Below the pieces are notes generated by a model. The model worked only from the letters and a program-made list of their open reading frames with translations, was not told the origin of the DNA and made no database searches. Position numbers and translations under genes: made by a program. From positions 4,588,001 to 4,652,000 of the forward strand of contig NC_134472.1 in assembly GCF_964194025.1 (NCBI RefSeq): a DNA stretch of 64,000 nt, read 5' to 3'. This stretch comes from Convolutriloba macropyga. Taxonomy: Eukaryota. Shown here in pieces: positions 12,873 through 25,794 of this stretch; position 1 is the stretch's first letter; each line of letters starts with the position of its first letter.

Positions 12873-13119
12873 GTGGTATCATAATTATTCAATACATGCT
12901 GGTAAGATTTTACATCAGATGATAATCTCACTCTAATATAAGTTATCTAGATTCACCAATTTCAACCGAATATTGATTCTAAGCACCATTTCTTGACGAT
13001 TAATTTATATAAATTCTGTGATTATAATCAATTTGCTCTTGTCTTTGTAATCTGGTCAGTCAAACTTTCTTTCTAATTCTCACTAAGTTTAAGACTATAG
13101 TTTGATCGATATTCTAACA
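12873..13119 (-). repeat. copia 3' LTR, truncated (about 247 of 619 bp)
   Basis: Aligns to 17760-18000 at roughly 90% by eye. Similarity stops at 12873 and no TSD is recoverable. Confidence 0.85.
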
Positions 13120-13128
13120 CCCCCACTC
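13120..13128 (-). promoter_or_regulatory. polypurine tract
   Basis: Minus strand GAGTGGGGG immediately precedes TGTTAG (3' LTR start) and overlaps the pol stop codon. Confidence 0.8.
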
Positions 13129-16100
13129 AGACTTGAGCTGATTGCGTAGAGTCTGTTCCCATCAAAACTGCTCTGAATGTTTCCACTTTCGAAACGGGTA
13201 AGGTCTTTGTGAAGATGTCTGCTGCCATTTTGTCTGTAGGGACATAATGAATTGAAATAGTCCCATCCTCCGTCTTGTCCCGGATGAAGTGAAACTTTGT
13301 TTCGATGTGTTTGCTCCTTTTGGGCATCGATGGGTTTTGGCACAATTTTATGCAACTCTGGTTGTCCTCTCCAATTGCTATGGGATGTTTCTGTTGGATG
13401 CCGGAATCCCCCAGAAGTTGTTTCAGATACAATGCTTCTAGAACTGCTGCTGCCATGCCCTGATATTCTGCTTCTAATGAAGAAAGGGCAACTGTGGCCT
13501 GCTTCGTGACACCCCAGCTGAGTGCTGCGCCACGTCCGTTGAGCTTGAAGTAGTAGCCAGTCGTTGATTTTCTGTCGTTCACGTCGCCAGATCAGTCTGC
13601 ATCACTTTACCCCACTAAATTATAACGAGCGTCTTTTGTGTAAGTAAGTTGTTTATTGGTTCCAGTGTTTATTGGTAGGTGCATTCATGTGTCTGGACAT
13701 AATGTTGACTGTGAACATGATTTCTGGCCTCGTCTGTTTGGCCAGATACATAAGTGATCCAGCCAAGCTTCTGTAGATCCTCTGGTCCACTTTTTCGTCT
13801 CCGTTCTGTGCTGTCTGAAGTTACAAACTCAAATCAGCTGGAGCTCTTGAGGATTTGCATTGATCCATTTGAAACCGCTGAAGCATTGTTTCTACGTAGC
13901 GTTCTTGGTCGACTGTGACTTTGCCCTCTTCTCGTCTGATTCTTAGACCCCGAAACCAGTGTAATCTCCCTCTGTCTTCCATGTGAAATGTTGCCTCGAG
14001 TGCCTTTTTGACATCGGAAATCACTGTTATGCTTCTTGATGCTACTATGATGTCGTCAACCTAGACCAAGATGAAGGTATGACCCTCTGTCTCCGATCTC
14101 GTGATCAAGCAATGGTCAGTCCTGCTTCTGGTGAACACCTGTCTCAGAAGGAAGTTTGTCAGTTCCTTATACCAGTTGTTAGCTGCCTGTTTCAAACCAT
14201 AAATTGATTTTTTCAGTCGACATGATAACTTCTCTCCATCTGATCCTTGTTTTACAAATTCTTGTGGCTGTTCCAGATACACATGTTCCTCTATTGGTGA
14301 GTGCAGGAAGGCCGTCTTGACATCAAACTGATGCATCACACGGCCTTGCTTCGGTAATAATTGAAGCAGAGTCCTGAATGTCTCTGGCTTTCATGTAGGC
14401 GCAAAAGTTTCAAATTAGTCCAGTCCTGCCATTTGTTTGAAGCCTTTTGCTACATAGCGCGTTTTGTGCTTGTTGACTTGACAACTGGGACTCAACTTCA
14501 CATTGTAGACCCATTTGCCCGGTTTGACGTCCCTGTCTGTGGGTGGTCTCACTATGTTCCAACTCTCGTTGTCTTGGAGAGCCCTGACCTCGTCCTTCAT
14601 TGCCCAGTGCCACTGGCCCCAATCGTCACCTTGTTTGGCTTCGTAGACTGTTTTGGGTTCAACATAGTCACCCTCAGTCACAGCAAGATGGGCCCTGACT
14701 TGTCCAAAAAAGTGCGGAACATTCCTTGCTTGTGTCCATCGTCTGGGCTCTGCCCTGTCCGCTTGCTCCAGTGCCTCTTTAAAGAAGCCAACTGTCTCTG
14801 AGTGTGAGAAGTCCTCTATGTCACTGTCTTCCAGCGACTCCGAGTCTCGGAGATTCCCTCTTGCTGCAGTAGTTTCTCCATCTAGTGCTGCTTCCTCAAC
14901 ATCCGAAGCATCTCGTCTCAGTGTCGTTTCTTGAGTGTTCACGCTCTCTGCGTCATGTCACTCCTCCTTTAATGCAGTAGATGCGCCCTGCTCCTCTTTG
15001 TTGCCATAGTCTTGATGACCATCATCTGGGTGCCAAATCCCCAGTTGCTGTGACCCCTCTTCTAGTAGGTCGGGCGTCTCTGTGTTGACTGGAATTGAAA
15101 CCACTTCGGACTCCTTGTTGATCACATCTCGAACTGCCACAACCTCGCGTGTGTTGGGTACGTACACCAGGTATCCGTTGCTCCTTCAGTGTAACCCACA
15201 AACTTTCCTTCCAGTGCCTTGGGTTCAAGTTTGCTGACATCTCTGTCCCTCTTCCTCATGAAGACTGTGCAACCAAAAATAGATAATTTATTAGGTTTTA
15301 TACCTCGCATCAACTCTGCTGACTATTTTTCTTCTCGTCTCAACCAAGATCCGGATCCTTGTTGCGTGGAGAATTGATTCTACCCACATCATCTCGGGAA
15401 GACCCGAGTCAATGAGCAAGCATCTTGCCATCTCCAGCAGTGTCCTGTTGAACCTCTCAGCTTACCCATTCTGTTGTGGCATCTCTGATCTGGTCGTCTC
15501 CTGTACAATGTCTGCATATAAACAGTACATCTTGAACTGCTCTGAGAGAAACTCGTGCTCATTGTCTTGTCTCAGCTTCTTCGGCGTCCCCACACAGAAC
15601 AAACTTCTTCAGACTGGCCAGTGCTTTACTCTTTGCCTTAAGCGAATCCACAAACAAACTTCGTGTACTGGTCTGCAAACACTATGCAGAACCGGAACCC
15701 TGACAGTGACTGTACTCTGAAAGGCACCATCTCGTCTATGAGCGCCCTCTCCAGCTTCTCTTCTGCTTGGGTATGTGCCACTCTTGGTACTGGAGTCTGT
15801 GTGATCTTTGCCAATGCGCACACATTGCATTCATCATCGAGTTCCCCCACTATTTCTGGTGCATTCCTGACAACATCCGCTTGATTCAAATGACCCAATA
15901 GTCTGTGCCACTTCCTTTCACTGTCAGGTATCACTCTGTTGGAACTCATCTTGAATTCTAGAACGCTGCAGGGTAAGTAAAACAAATTATTTTCTTGTGT
16001 TAGTTTTACTCGAGCTCCCCTCTGGAGTTTCATGCAGCTATTTCCTTTCTCGAAAGTGAAGCTATGTCCCCACTCCGTGCATCTTGAGTCTGATAAGCAT

Positions 16101-16330
16101 CTAGAATAGTTAGGCACACAAAAAACATTTTTAAGTTCGCATTGGAATTCCCCTTTGTTTGAGGGTATGCTGATCCTCACACAGCCTCTGCCCACCTCTC
16201 TGGAAGCCTCTCCATTGGGATTTCTGACCACTGATTGAATGGGCACAAAGTCCAGGAACGCGTCGATGTTCGTCACTATGTGATCTGTACAACCACTGTC
16301 CACTAGCATGCCTGCTGTCTTCCACTGGGT
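13127..16330 (-). pseudogene. pol: copia pol (protease, integrase, RT, RNase H), disrupted
   Basis: Protease LVDSGCTDH; WHRLLGH..CNVC (integrase Zn region); FGCTVF..KLEPKA..GKFVGY; RT HQFDVKTAFLH, LKKSIYGLKQA and V*VDD near 14055; RNase H ATVALSSLEAEY, EDNQ, KHIETKFHFIR, ADIFTK. Confidence 0.92.
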
Positions 16331-16388
16331 AAGAGCTGCTCAGTATTCCTCGTCTGTTGAAGCCAATGTTAGACCCATTGCCACTGAC

Positions 16389-17328
16389 TCATGCATGTTT
16401 GCCTCCATCTCTTTGTTTCTTGCATGCCATGTCTAGATGACCTTTCTCACCACACTTGCTGCATTGTGCTGTCTCCTTCCTCCTGCAGTCCTCGGCAAAG
16501 TGTTTAGGGATCCCACATACAAAGCAGTTTCCTTTCTTGGGTTCCTTCTTGAAGTCACGCTTCACTGCCAGTGCCACTGAAGCACTTTGTCCCTTGTGTC
16601 TTTGTGTAGTGCTCTCATGAAAGTTCTGCAGCCTTTTCCTCAACTCTGTGAAGTTCGTTGCCGGGTTAAAACTTTCCTGTATAACAAAACTTACATATCT
16701 CATTGGCAGGCCATTGAGGACCAAGGCGTTGAAGAGGGTCTCTAAGACTGCTTCCCCTGCTTCTTGTAGATTTGTGAGCAACTCCTGTCCTCTGATGAAG
16801 AAGCTCTCCAAATCCTTAGCATCCTCTAGCTGCAGTCGAGCAAGCTGTGCCACCAAAAACACCACTGTCGGCGTCTACACATTCTGAAATCTCTTGCAAA
16901 AGCTTCCAAGCCTTTGTTCCATCTCCGATGACATCATCTCACTCACAGTCATGTCGCATCAGCATGAGGGTTGTTGCATCTAGATTCAGTGCCAGATGGC
17001 ACCACACATTGTTCCGTTTCTCCTTGATGTCTGCAACTTCCTTTTCATATGCATCCTTCAGCACCTTGTGGTTCTTCTCTTCATTGCTCCCTACATTGGC
17101 TTGTGGTGCAGGCTCATTGGGTTGCTTTTCTGTCCCAAGTAGTGATTTGTAAAGTCCTTTCGTCTGCATCATTGCCACAAATCTTGTGCTCCAGATTAGA
17201 AAGTCCTGTGCCTTTCCTGTGTAGGTCAGCAGCTTCACTGTCTGTTGATCAATCGTACTTTGAGCAGGCAAAACAGTAGTGAAAAGAAAAGGTACTAATA
17301 AGAAAAGGATTTTGACTGTCAAAAACAA
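16389..17328 (-). pseudogene. gag: copia gag with two CCHC zinc knuckles, disrupted
   Basis: YTGKAQDFLIWSTRF, VLNGLPMRY, CFVCGIPKHFAEDC and CSKCGEKGHLDMAC, split over 2-3 ORF pieces. Confidence 0.88.
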
Positions 17329-17365
17329 ATAATTTTTGTTTTAGAAATTATTTGACTTAGAAAAT

Positions 17366-17381
17366 TGCTGGGCCCATAACC
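17366..17381 (-). promoter_or_regulatory. primer binding site for the 5' half-molecule of initiator tRNA-Met
   Basis: Minus strand GGTTATGGGCCCAGCA directly follows the LTR end ...AACA. It is complementary to the anticodon-arm region of tRNAi-Met, as in Drosophila copia. Confidence 0.9.
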
Positions 17382-18000
17382 TGTTGGGTTATGGGTTCTC
17401 GCAAGCGGAAGAAAAAGCGTTTTCAACTAAATTGAAAAATTAATTTCTCAAAATGATAGAATAACAAGAATGATATTTTACAGTAGAATTTAGAGATTTA
17501 GAGGAGAGATCTGATTATTAGATCAAGATGGTGATTTGATTTTGGGGATGAAAAAAGTCTCAAAAATGAGCTGTATATATACCCATTATCAGTGCGCGAA
17601 ATTCAAGATACAAATCTAAACTTAGCATCATGATTTACAGTGGGGGTCGCAAGGGTTACCCAATATAGTTTGCTTCTGCAAATTTTCCAAAAATCAGTCG
17701 CAGGGGGTACCATAGATGGCTTGCACTAAAACTTTTCTAAGAATTCGTTCACATTTCCGGTGGTATCATATTCATTCAATACATGCTGGGAAGATTTTAC
17801 ATCAAATAATCTCACTCTAATAATAGTTATCTAGATTCACCAATTTGAACCGAATATTGATTCTAGGCACCATTTCTTGACGATTGATTTTCATAATTTC
17901 TGTGATCAAAATCAACTGTTCTTGTCTTTGTAATCTGGTAAGTTAAACTTCCTTTCTAATTCTCACTAAGTTCAAGACTAGTTTGATCGATATTCTAACA
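17382..18000 (-). repeat. copia 5' LTR, 619 bp
   Basis: TGTT...AACA termini, abuts the PBS, and its right part matches 12873-13119. Confidence 0.9.
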
Positions 18001-18526
18001 CTGGTCAAAGAAGTGACCATCAGTTAGAAACATTTATCGGACGTGTATGAACCAATCGAATTCCACATTATCATAGTTACTGAAAAATTCTAATAATGTA
18101 TTTTTTTCCAAACGCTCAGGAGCTCAATGGCATTGGAAACAAGGATTTAATTGTCAACGCGAAGATAATTTAATGTCACGTTTTTTCAGTTGAAGTTAAG
18201 GTTATTATGTTGGTGAAGAAGGAAAACCAATACTCGTCTGCTACTTACATTTTTTTGCTATATTTAATTATACTGTCGTCAGCATGATTTTTCACCTTTT
18301 CTGGTTGGATTACCGCGGTCAAATAGTATGAATTATGCTCATTTTTTTTACAAGATACGGTTTCTCTCCTTAATTTCTAAAAACCGGTCTATGTTTGAGC
18401 ATAATGTTTCTAATGTTAATAATTGTGTTTCGAAGTAAAGTGTCCGAGGGATTAAAATTTATTTTAAATTTTTATTGTAATTAAGTTTTTAGTGTTGCAT
18501 TTGTGTACCATACAGCTCTATTTTAT

Positions 18527-19240
18527 CTTATTGTTCCGACCCATTTGTAGCGGGAGGAACTATAGCTCAAATGGTTTGTTTTGTTCAGTCAAATTTCGCC
18601 GATCGATTTATTTATATATTAATCGTAGAGAAAAGTAAGTTGTTTCGTTTGAAAACCCTTCCAGCGTAGAATATGTAATTAAAATGATGTTGATTTTGGT
18701 TTTTTACAGGGAATTATTGAGGTTTAAAAACTTGAGAATTGTGAATGGAAGTCCGTTGTTTTTATTCAGTGTTCCGTGTTTTTTTATACCGAATTTTCAC
18801 CAATTTTGCTAAAATTTGATAAAATTTTTAAAAACACTATTTTGTTTTACTTTTAGGGATAGAGGCGTGCTGATTGGTTTTACCCGAGTCTTTGGTTAAT
18901 ATTGTTTCTGAATTTTTTTTGAATTTCACACTTTTTATATTAAAAATGGCTCAAAAACCCTTTATTTAATCCCATTTTGTTTAAATATGCCGTGAATCGA
19001 GACCTAAACTCTGCTGCCCTATTTTTTGAAAACTCCAAAAAAGCTAGTTGTACTTTTGCTTACTATATGAGTCTTCTGTAATTAAAGTTTTGCTGGTTTT
19101 TTGAAAAATTACTTCAACAGTGATATAAAATGCATCGTTTATTTTTTTTGAACGTTTTTACTTAATAGTTGATATTAATTGCAAACATATAGAATAATTA
19201 ATTTGTTCTTGTTGGAGGCGCAGCAAATCAGGGCTAGGTT
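18527..19240 (-). repeat. dispersed non-autonomous repeat, copy 2
   Basis: Diverged inverted homolog of 5690-6405. The right boundary is approximate. Confidence 0.6.
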
Positions 19241-22075
19241 TGGACTCGTTTTTCTTTATGTTGACTACTGAGAAGAATGATTTCATATCGGGCTCAATTA
19301 ATTACAGGTCCTGTTTACAGCAGATTAAGGCCAAATGAATATAAAATATGGCTCTAGAAAAAAGCTCATAGTTCCTATGGCTTTGACATTGTGTTTTCGT
19401 AAACGTTAATTTTTTATTTAGCCTTTAGTTGTCATTTTTTGCAGCTCCATGACTTCGTCTGGTTTATCACGCATCCATTTGGGCTCCTCAGGAATGATAG
19501 GTGAGCCAAGTTGATGTTTCGAGTTGTTATCTAATGCCTCTAATGACTTTGAATTTTTTTTTTGAGAAAATGGCAGTGAAGTTTTGAACTTTGTCAACTT
19601 TTTTAATATTATTTCTGTAGGCATGTAGTTTAATCGCAAACTATACGAGGCACAATTTGTTCGGAGAGTGAATTAATGAACACTCTTTATAAGTCTTTTG
19701 TTTTTAACTAATGGTAGCGGGGCTTTCTTACTGCGAAATTTCGTTAAAGGTTTGTCATTTTTGCGTAATTGACTATATTTGAGGTTATTGTTTGTTCTCT
19801 TTTCAAGTTTTCACATTACAGAAAGCTTGACTTTGCATCGGAGCAACGCTCAAAAACATTTGATTGAAGAACTCACTGAACAGCTTAGTTTTCGCGGCTG
19901 CGACATTTCTCTCGCAATTTTTGTAAGGAATTTCCTGTTTTGCCGCTAATTGCCGTTCTTTTTGTGGTCGTGTGGCTTATTTTTGACAATTAAGTCTTCA
20001 ATTGTTTCTCAAGGTGTTGAATCTATTCACTGATTTCAGTTGATATATAACGATTTTATTGACATCCAGTTATTTTTTTTGAAGAAAATTCCTGTTCTTC
20101 CCAGTTTTTGTTCTCATTGTCGTGAACAGGTAACTTAGCCTCATTATTGACAGAAATTATTATTTTTTGTTGATTCGTCTAAATCTTTTGCTGTTTGCTG
20201 TGATTTGATTGATGTATTTAGAGCTTAAAAGTGTGGTTTCATAAGATTTTAGTGAGTTTTCGTTACTTTTCAATATTTATGATTCTTTTTGTTGTCTTTA
20301 TCACAAAAACCCTTTACAAAGAAGATCCATTTTAACTCAAAGGAGATCCAAGGGAGTTGGTCTAATCGTTTTTGTCAATTCAATGTTTTTAATTGTTTTC
20401 AATATTTTTTTTGGTTTTAATGTCTTTTACACTCTGGTTTAAATAATTCGTCTGAAACTTTGAGTTCTGACAGTATTCATTGCTTTTTTCGTCTTGTGAT
20501 TCCTCTCACTATTAATAAGCGCTCTTGGCTCCATGAAGAGTTGCCAGTTAATCTTTTTTTGTGTTAAGATTAAAGCATACGGCTTGTTTGCATTTTTGAA
20601 AATATTGGTTTTAAAACAATCAGTGTTTTTCAGCTTTTCACATTTATCTTTTTTCCGTCAGTTTTGTAGCTTGGTCTTTGTAGTGACAGGTCGCATGCTC
20701 TTTCAAGTGAACCATGATCCAGTCTTTATAATGGTTTTTTATTGATTTGTTAGCTTTGGTACCACGCTTTTTCTTTAAATGATTTTGGGTGTTTGCCCAT
20801 TTCTGAGTTTGTTTCCTTGCCACTTTATCAAACTAATGGTTTGACCCAAATGGCACTGAAAAAATGCGCAGTTGGCGATATTTAATGTTCTCCATGAATA
20901 GCTTACGGTTTCAACGGTTGCGACAATGCTAGTTCATTTTAATGTGTTTTTTTTCGAGCCGTTCTTTGTGTAGTCGTCTGACATGTTATGGATAACGACA
21001 GGTCTCATTTGCTTCCTATGATTTATAAGTTAACCTTCTTAATGGGTTGATTTGATGCCTATTGATTTTGTAATTTAAATCGGTTGCTTTCAATATAGAA
21101 ATGTCTTTTCGAGCATCGCATGTTTGCTCTTCTTTGTCGACCTGTTACCAAGACTATTTTTTTAAATACAGTTTTGGTCGTAATAAGTGTTTATTTGATT
21201 TTTTTGTTTGTCTTGTCAAGTACTCCCATTAATAGCAATCTGATCGGCCCTCTAATCCGGCATCTCTTTTCCGTTAGTTGTTTGCTGATCGATTTAGGAA
21301 TTTTCGGAAGTTTTCTATCTCTTCCTCATTTGTTAGACAATTAAGCAAAACATTGTGCGAACGCACATTACGGAGCAAATTTGTTGGACTTCTATCATAC
21401 AATCAAAGTTTGGTGGTATGTTTTGATAGTCGTTAGTTCTGTTACTGTAGTTCCTGTTAATCCATAATAGCCTTATTTTTTGTTCAGGTCAATTTAGCCT
21501 TTAGACTGTAATTAATTTTACCCTAAATTGGATGAGATTTTACCCTTAACTGGATGAATTTGGATGAAAATGCGCTTTTATTTATGTTATGGGACATAGT
21601 TTAGCAGACCCTTTTTTCTCATTGTGTGTTTTGCATGAGCTGTTTCTTGAGAAAATGGACTTTGCTTCTGCTATCCATTAATTTCCACATTATCTGTTGC
21701 GGTGAGCGGAGCGAGTATATTTTTTCAGAAGTTTTTCACGACTCAACAGAAGTTGAAGCTTATACAATAGGACCAAATAAAATTCGTGCTTAGTCAAATG
21801 TGTGTTCAGCTTTGCGCCTTGTTCCAAATCATATGTCCCTGTGAAATCATATCCTTAGATATTTTACATATATTTACATAATTCTGTATATAATTTTACA
21901 TATTTCAAGAGGTGCTATTTTTAAAACGAGCACCAGAAAAATAACCATATGTTTTCTTCGTTTTTTCGGAATTTGATTAATGGTGTGGCAGATGTGTTGA
22001 GAATCTACCAGCATAAAACCCTGCCATAATAACTTCATAAAATTTGTTCGCGAAAATGGCATCTATCAATTTATT

Positions 22076-22209
22076 AATTGCTCTCAAACGAAGTAGCGCC
22101 CAGTGGGCATTAAGTGCTCTTAGAGCCTTTCAGCTCTGTTTCAGCTCAAACTGTTTTGGAGACTTATATTTATACTTATGGTGTGAAGGGCGGTTCTAAG
22201 AGGTTGAGG
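22076..22209 (+). mobile_element. truncated copy of the MITE at 52378-53235
   Basis: aattgctctcaaacgaa is followed directly by gtagcgcccag.gggcattaagtgctcttag...aaactgttttggagactta...ggtgtgaagggcg, matching 52378-52396 plus 53011-53136. Confidence 0.8.
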
Positions 22210-23200
22210 TAATATTTCTGGTTATAGTTGTCACAGCAAAATCGGATTCCTAAGAAAACTATAGAAATTAGTCACTGAGAAGAACATCAAACAAATTTGA
22301 AATATGTTGTTAAAATATATATTTTGGTTTTTCCATATTTTTGACTACTTGATCAAACGGATTCTTCCAACTTGTTTCTTGTAACTTCTTTGAATTTATA
22401 AAGAGAAAGATTTAAAAAAATTTTAAGAAAAGCAATTTAATTTTGCATTTTTTGTGGGCATCTACGCTAAACCCCAAAAGCTACATCTAGATCCTTATAA
22501 GTGTAAGTTTCATTAAATTGACCGAATGTGAGATAACTGAGATATACTACAGAAAACAAAATTTCTTGATAGGAAGAAATTTTTTGTGTTTTCTCTGTTC
22601 TGTTGATTGTTTCTGAAGCTTGAAATGCCTTTCAAGTTGAAAAGTTCTTCATTGCCTTCCGGTCGATTAGCTTCACTTTGCAACCATGCCTCATAGTGTT
22701 AGCTTATTAGTTCTTAGTTTGAAAGCAAAAAATAAAAAATTGATTTTCTAAAAAGGGGGCATTTTACAACAACATAGCAACTTAAGGAAAGACGTTTTAG
22801 CTTCTTTTTGAGTTCTTAAGCTAATTTATATCATGTCCAGTCATTTTTTGCTTGGTATTTCTGGCCTGTGAATTGATTGCAGCAATCTATTTGTTGCAAA
22901 TTGCTATCTGTGGTTTTCTAGTTTAATGTTTTTTTTAAACTACTTGCTCTCGTTTGTTTTAATTTTCTGTTAAAAGATGCTTTATTTTGCCATACGTCAT
23001 TGACAATACATGTGGTTTTACTTGTAAATTAATATCAAAATGAGGAATTTGAATTTGTTATTTTTTGTAATCAAGAAACTCTTACTCAGTACTCGTACTC
23101 TGAAGTAGTTTTGGTTTAGATGATATTTTTTGTAGCTTTTGCGAGGCGGAATTCAGATTAAAGTGCCTATTTCAAGTGACAGCTCTTCATTTTCAATGGC

Positions 23201-25794
23201 TCAATTATTCTGTCTTTTGAATAATTTTTCCGTCTTTTCTTTGTAGATGCTTCAGCTACTGTCACTTGCCCGCAAACATTGTTTGTTGCAATTATATGTG
23301 TCCGATTGGCTGGTTGTCTTTTGCTTGATCCGTATGTTTTGTCTAACCAGTCTGCCGTTTCGTTCTCAAAAAAAGTTGAAACTTGAGGGCATTAAGGTCA
23401 TCTGCATTTCTCTTACATTTTGTTTGTCAATTGTCCTTATATTTATTTCTTCTGAAAATGTTTTGCGAGTTCTTGAATGTGGCACGCATGTGTTTGTTTT
23501 TTGAAGACTAATATGACTAATCTGATTGAATAGGTCAAAGATGTTTAAAAAATTAGTGTTTTATCAAGTAATTTACAGTTCTTAGGATCAATTATTCTGT
23601 CTTTTGAATAATTTTTTGTTATTTCTTTATGGAGATGCTTCAGCTACTGTTATTTGCCCTCAAACATTGTTAGTAGAAATTATATGTGTCCAATTGGCGG
23701 TTAGTTTTTTGCTTGATCCGTATGTTTTGTCTAGCCGGTCTGGTCTGCTGTTTCATTCTCAAAAACAAGTTGAATCTTGAGGCATTAAGGTCCTCTGCAT
23801 TTCTCTTACATTTTGTGTGTCAATTGTCCTTATATTTATTTCTTCTGAAAATGTTTTGCGAGTTCTTGAATGTGGCACGCATGTGTTTGTTTTTTGAAGA
23901 CTAATATGACTAATCTGATTGAATAGGTCAAAGATTTTTTAAAAAAATTAGTGTTTTATCCAGTAATTTACAGTTCTTAGGATCAATTATTCTGTCTTGT
24001 GAATAATTTTTTGTTATTTCTTTATGTAGATGCTTCAGCTACTGTTATTTGCCCTCAAACATTGTTTGTAGAAATTATATGTGTCCGATTGGCGGTTAGT
24101 TTTTTGCTTGATCCGTATGTTTTGACTAGCCGGTCTGGTCTGCTGTTTCATTCTCAAAAACAAGTTGAATCTTGAGTGCATTAAGGTCCTCTGCATTTCT
24201 CTTACATTTTGTGTGTCAATTGTCTTTATATTTATTTCTTCTGAAAATGTTTTGCGAGTTCTTGAATGTGGCACGCATGTGTTTGTTTTTTGAAGACTAA
24301 TATGACTAATCTGATTGAATAGGTCAAAGGTTTTTTTAAAAAAATTAGTGTTTTATCCAGTAATTTACAGTTCTTAGGATCAATTATTCTGTCTTGTGAA
24401 TAATTTTTTGTTATTTTTTTATGTAGATGCTTCAGCTACTGTTATTTGCCCTCAAACATTGTTAGTAGAAATTATATGTGTCCGATTGGCGGTTAGTTTT
24501 TTGCTTGATCCGTATGTTTTGTCTAGCCGGTCTGGTCTGCTGTTTCATTCTCAAAAACAAGTTGAATCTTGAGGGCATTAAGGTCCTCTGCATTTCTCTC
24601 ACATTTTGTGTGTCAATTGTCCTTTTATTTATTTCTTCTGAAAATGTTTTGCGAGTTCTTGAATGTGGCACGCATGTGTTTGTTTTTTGAAGACTAATAT
24701 GACTAATCTGATTGAATAGGTCAAAGATTTTTTTTAAAAATTATTGTTTTATCCAGTAATTTACAGTTCTTAGGATCAATTATTCTGTCTTGTGAATAAT
24801 TTTTTGTTATTTCTTTATGTAGATGCTTCAGCTACTGTTATTTGCCCTCAAACATTGTTTGTAGAAATTATATGTGTCCGATTGGCGGTTAGTTTTTTGC
24901 TTGATCCGTATGTTTTGTCTAGCCGGTCTGGTCTGCTGTTTCATTCTCAAAAACAAGTTGAATCTTGAGGGCATTGAGGTCCTCTGCATTTTTCTTACAT
25001 TTTGTGTGTCAATTGTCCTTATATTTATTTCTTCTGAAAATGTTTTGCGAGTTCTTGAATGTGGCACGCATGTGTTTGTTTTTGAAGACTAATATGACTA
25101 ATTTGATTGAATAGGTCAAAGATTTTTTAAAAAAATTAGTGTTTTATCCAGTAATTTACAGTTCTTAGGATCAATTATTCTGTCTTGTGAATAATTTTTT
25201 GTTATTTTTTTATGTAGATGCTTCAGCTACTGTTATTTGCCCTCAAAAATTGTTTGTAGAAATTATATGTGTCCGATTGGCGGTTAGTTTTTTGCTTGAT
25301 CCGTATGTTTTGTCTAGCCGGTCTGGTCTGCTGTTTCTTTCTCAAAAACAAGTTGAATCTTGAGGGTGTTAAGATCTTCTGCATTTCTCTTACATTTTGT
25401 GTGTCAATTGTCTTTATATTTATTTCTTCTGAAAATGTTTTGCGAGTTCTTGAATGTGGCACGCATGTGTTTGTTTTTTGAAGACTAATATGACTAATCT
25501 GATTGAATAGGTCAAAGATTTTTTTAAAAAAATTAGTGTTTTACCCAGTAATTTACAGTTCTTAGGATCAATTATTCTGTCTTTTGAATAATTTTTTGTT
25601 ATTTCTTTATGTAGATGCTTCAGCTACTTTTATTTGCCCTCAAACATTGTTTGTAGAAATTATATGTGTCCGATTGGCTGTTATTTTTTTGCTTGATCCG
25701 TATGTTTTGTCTAGCCGGTCTGCTGTTTCGTTCTCAAAAACAAGTTGAATCTTGAGGGCATTAAGGTCCTCTGCATTTCTCATACATTTTTGTG
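23201..25794. repeat. tandem array of a ~396-bp unit, 6 full copies plus a partial seventh
   Basis: Unit starts (tcaattattctgtctt) at 23201, 23588, 23983, 24380, 24776, 25171 and 25568. The core copies are near-identical. Confidence 0.97.

Larger units (their letters stand above)
12873..18000 (-). mobile_element. Ty1/copia LTR retrotransposon, decayed
   Basis: Domain order gag-PR-IN-RT-RH, LTRs sharing the end ...gatcgatattctaaca, a copia-type PBS and a PPT. Many stops and frameshifts. Confidence 0.95.

Noticed and set aside
23201-25794. Repeated 69-85 aa ORFs on both strands; CRISPR-like periodicity
   Set aside because: By-products of a 396-bp satellite. Frames break between copies and there are no unique spacers or cas genes.
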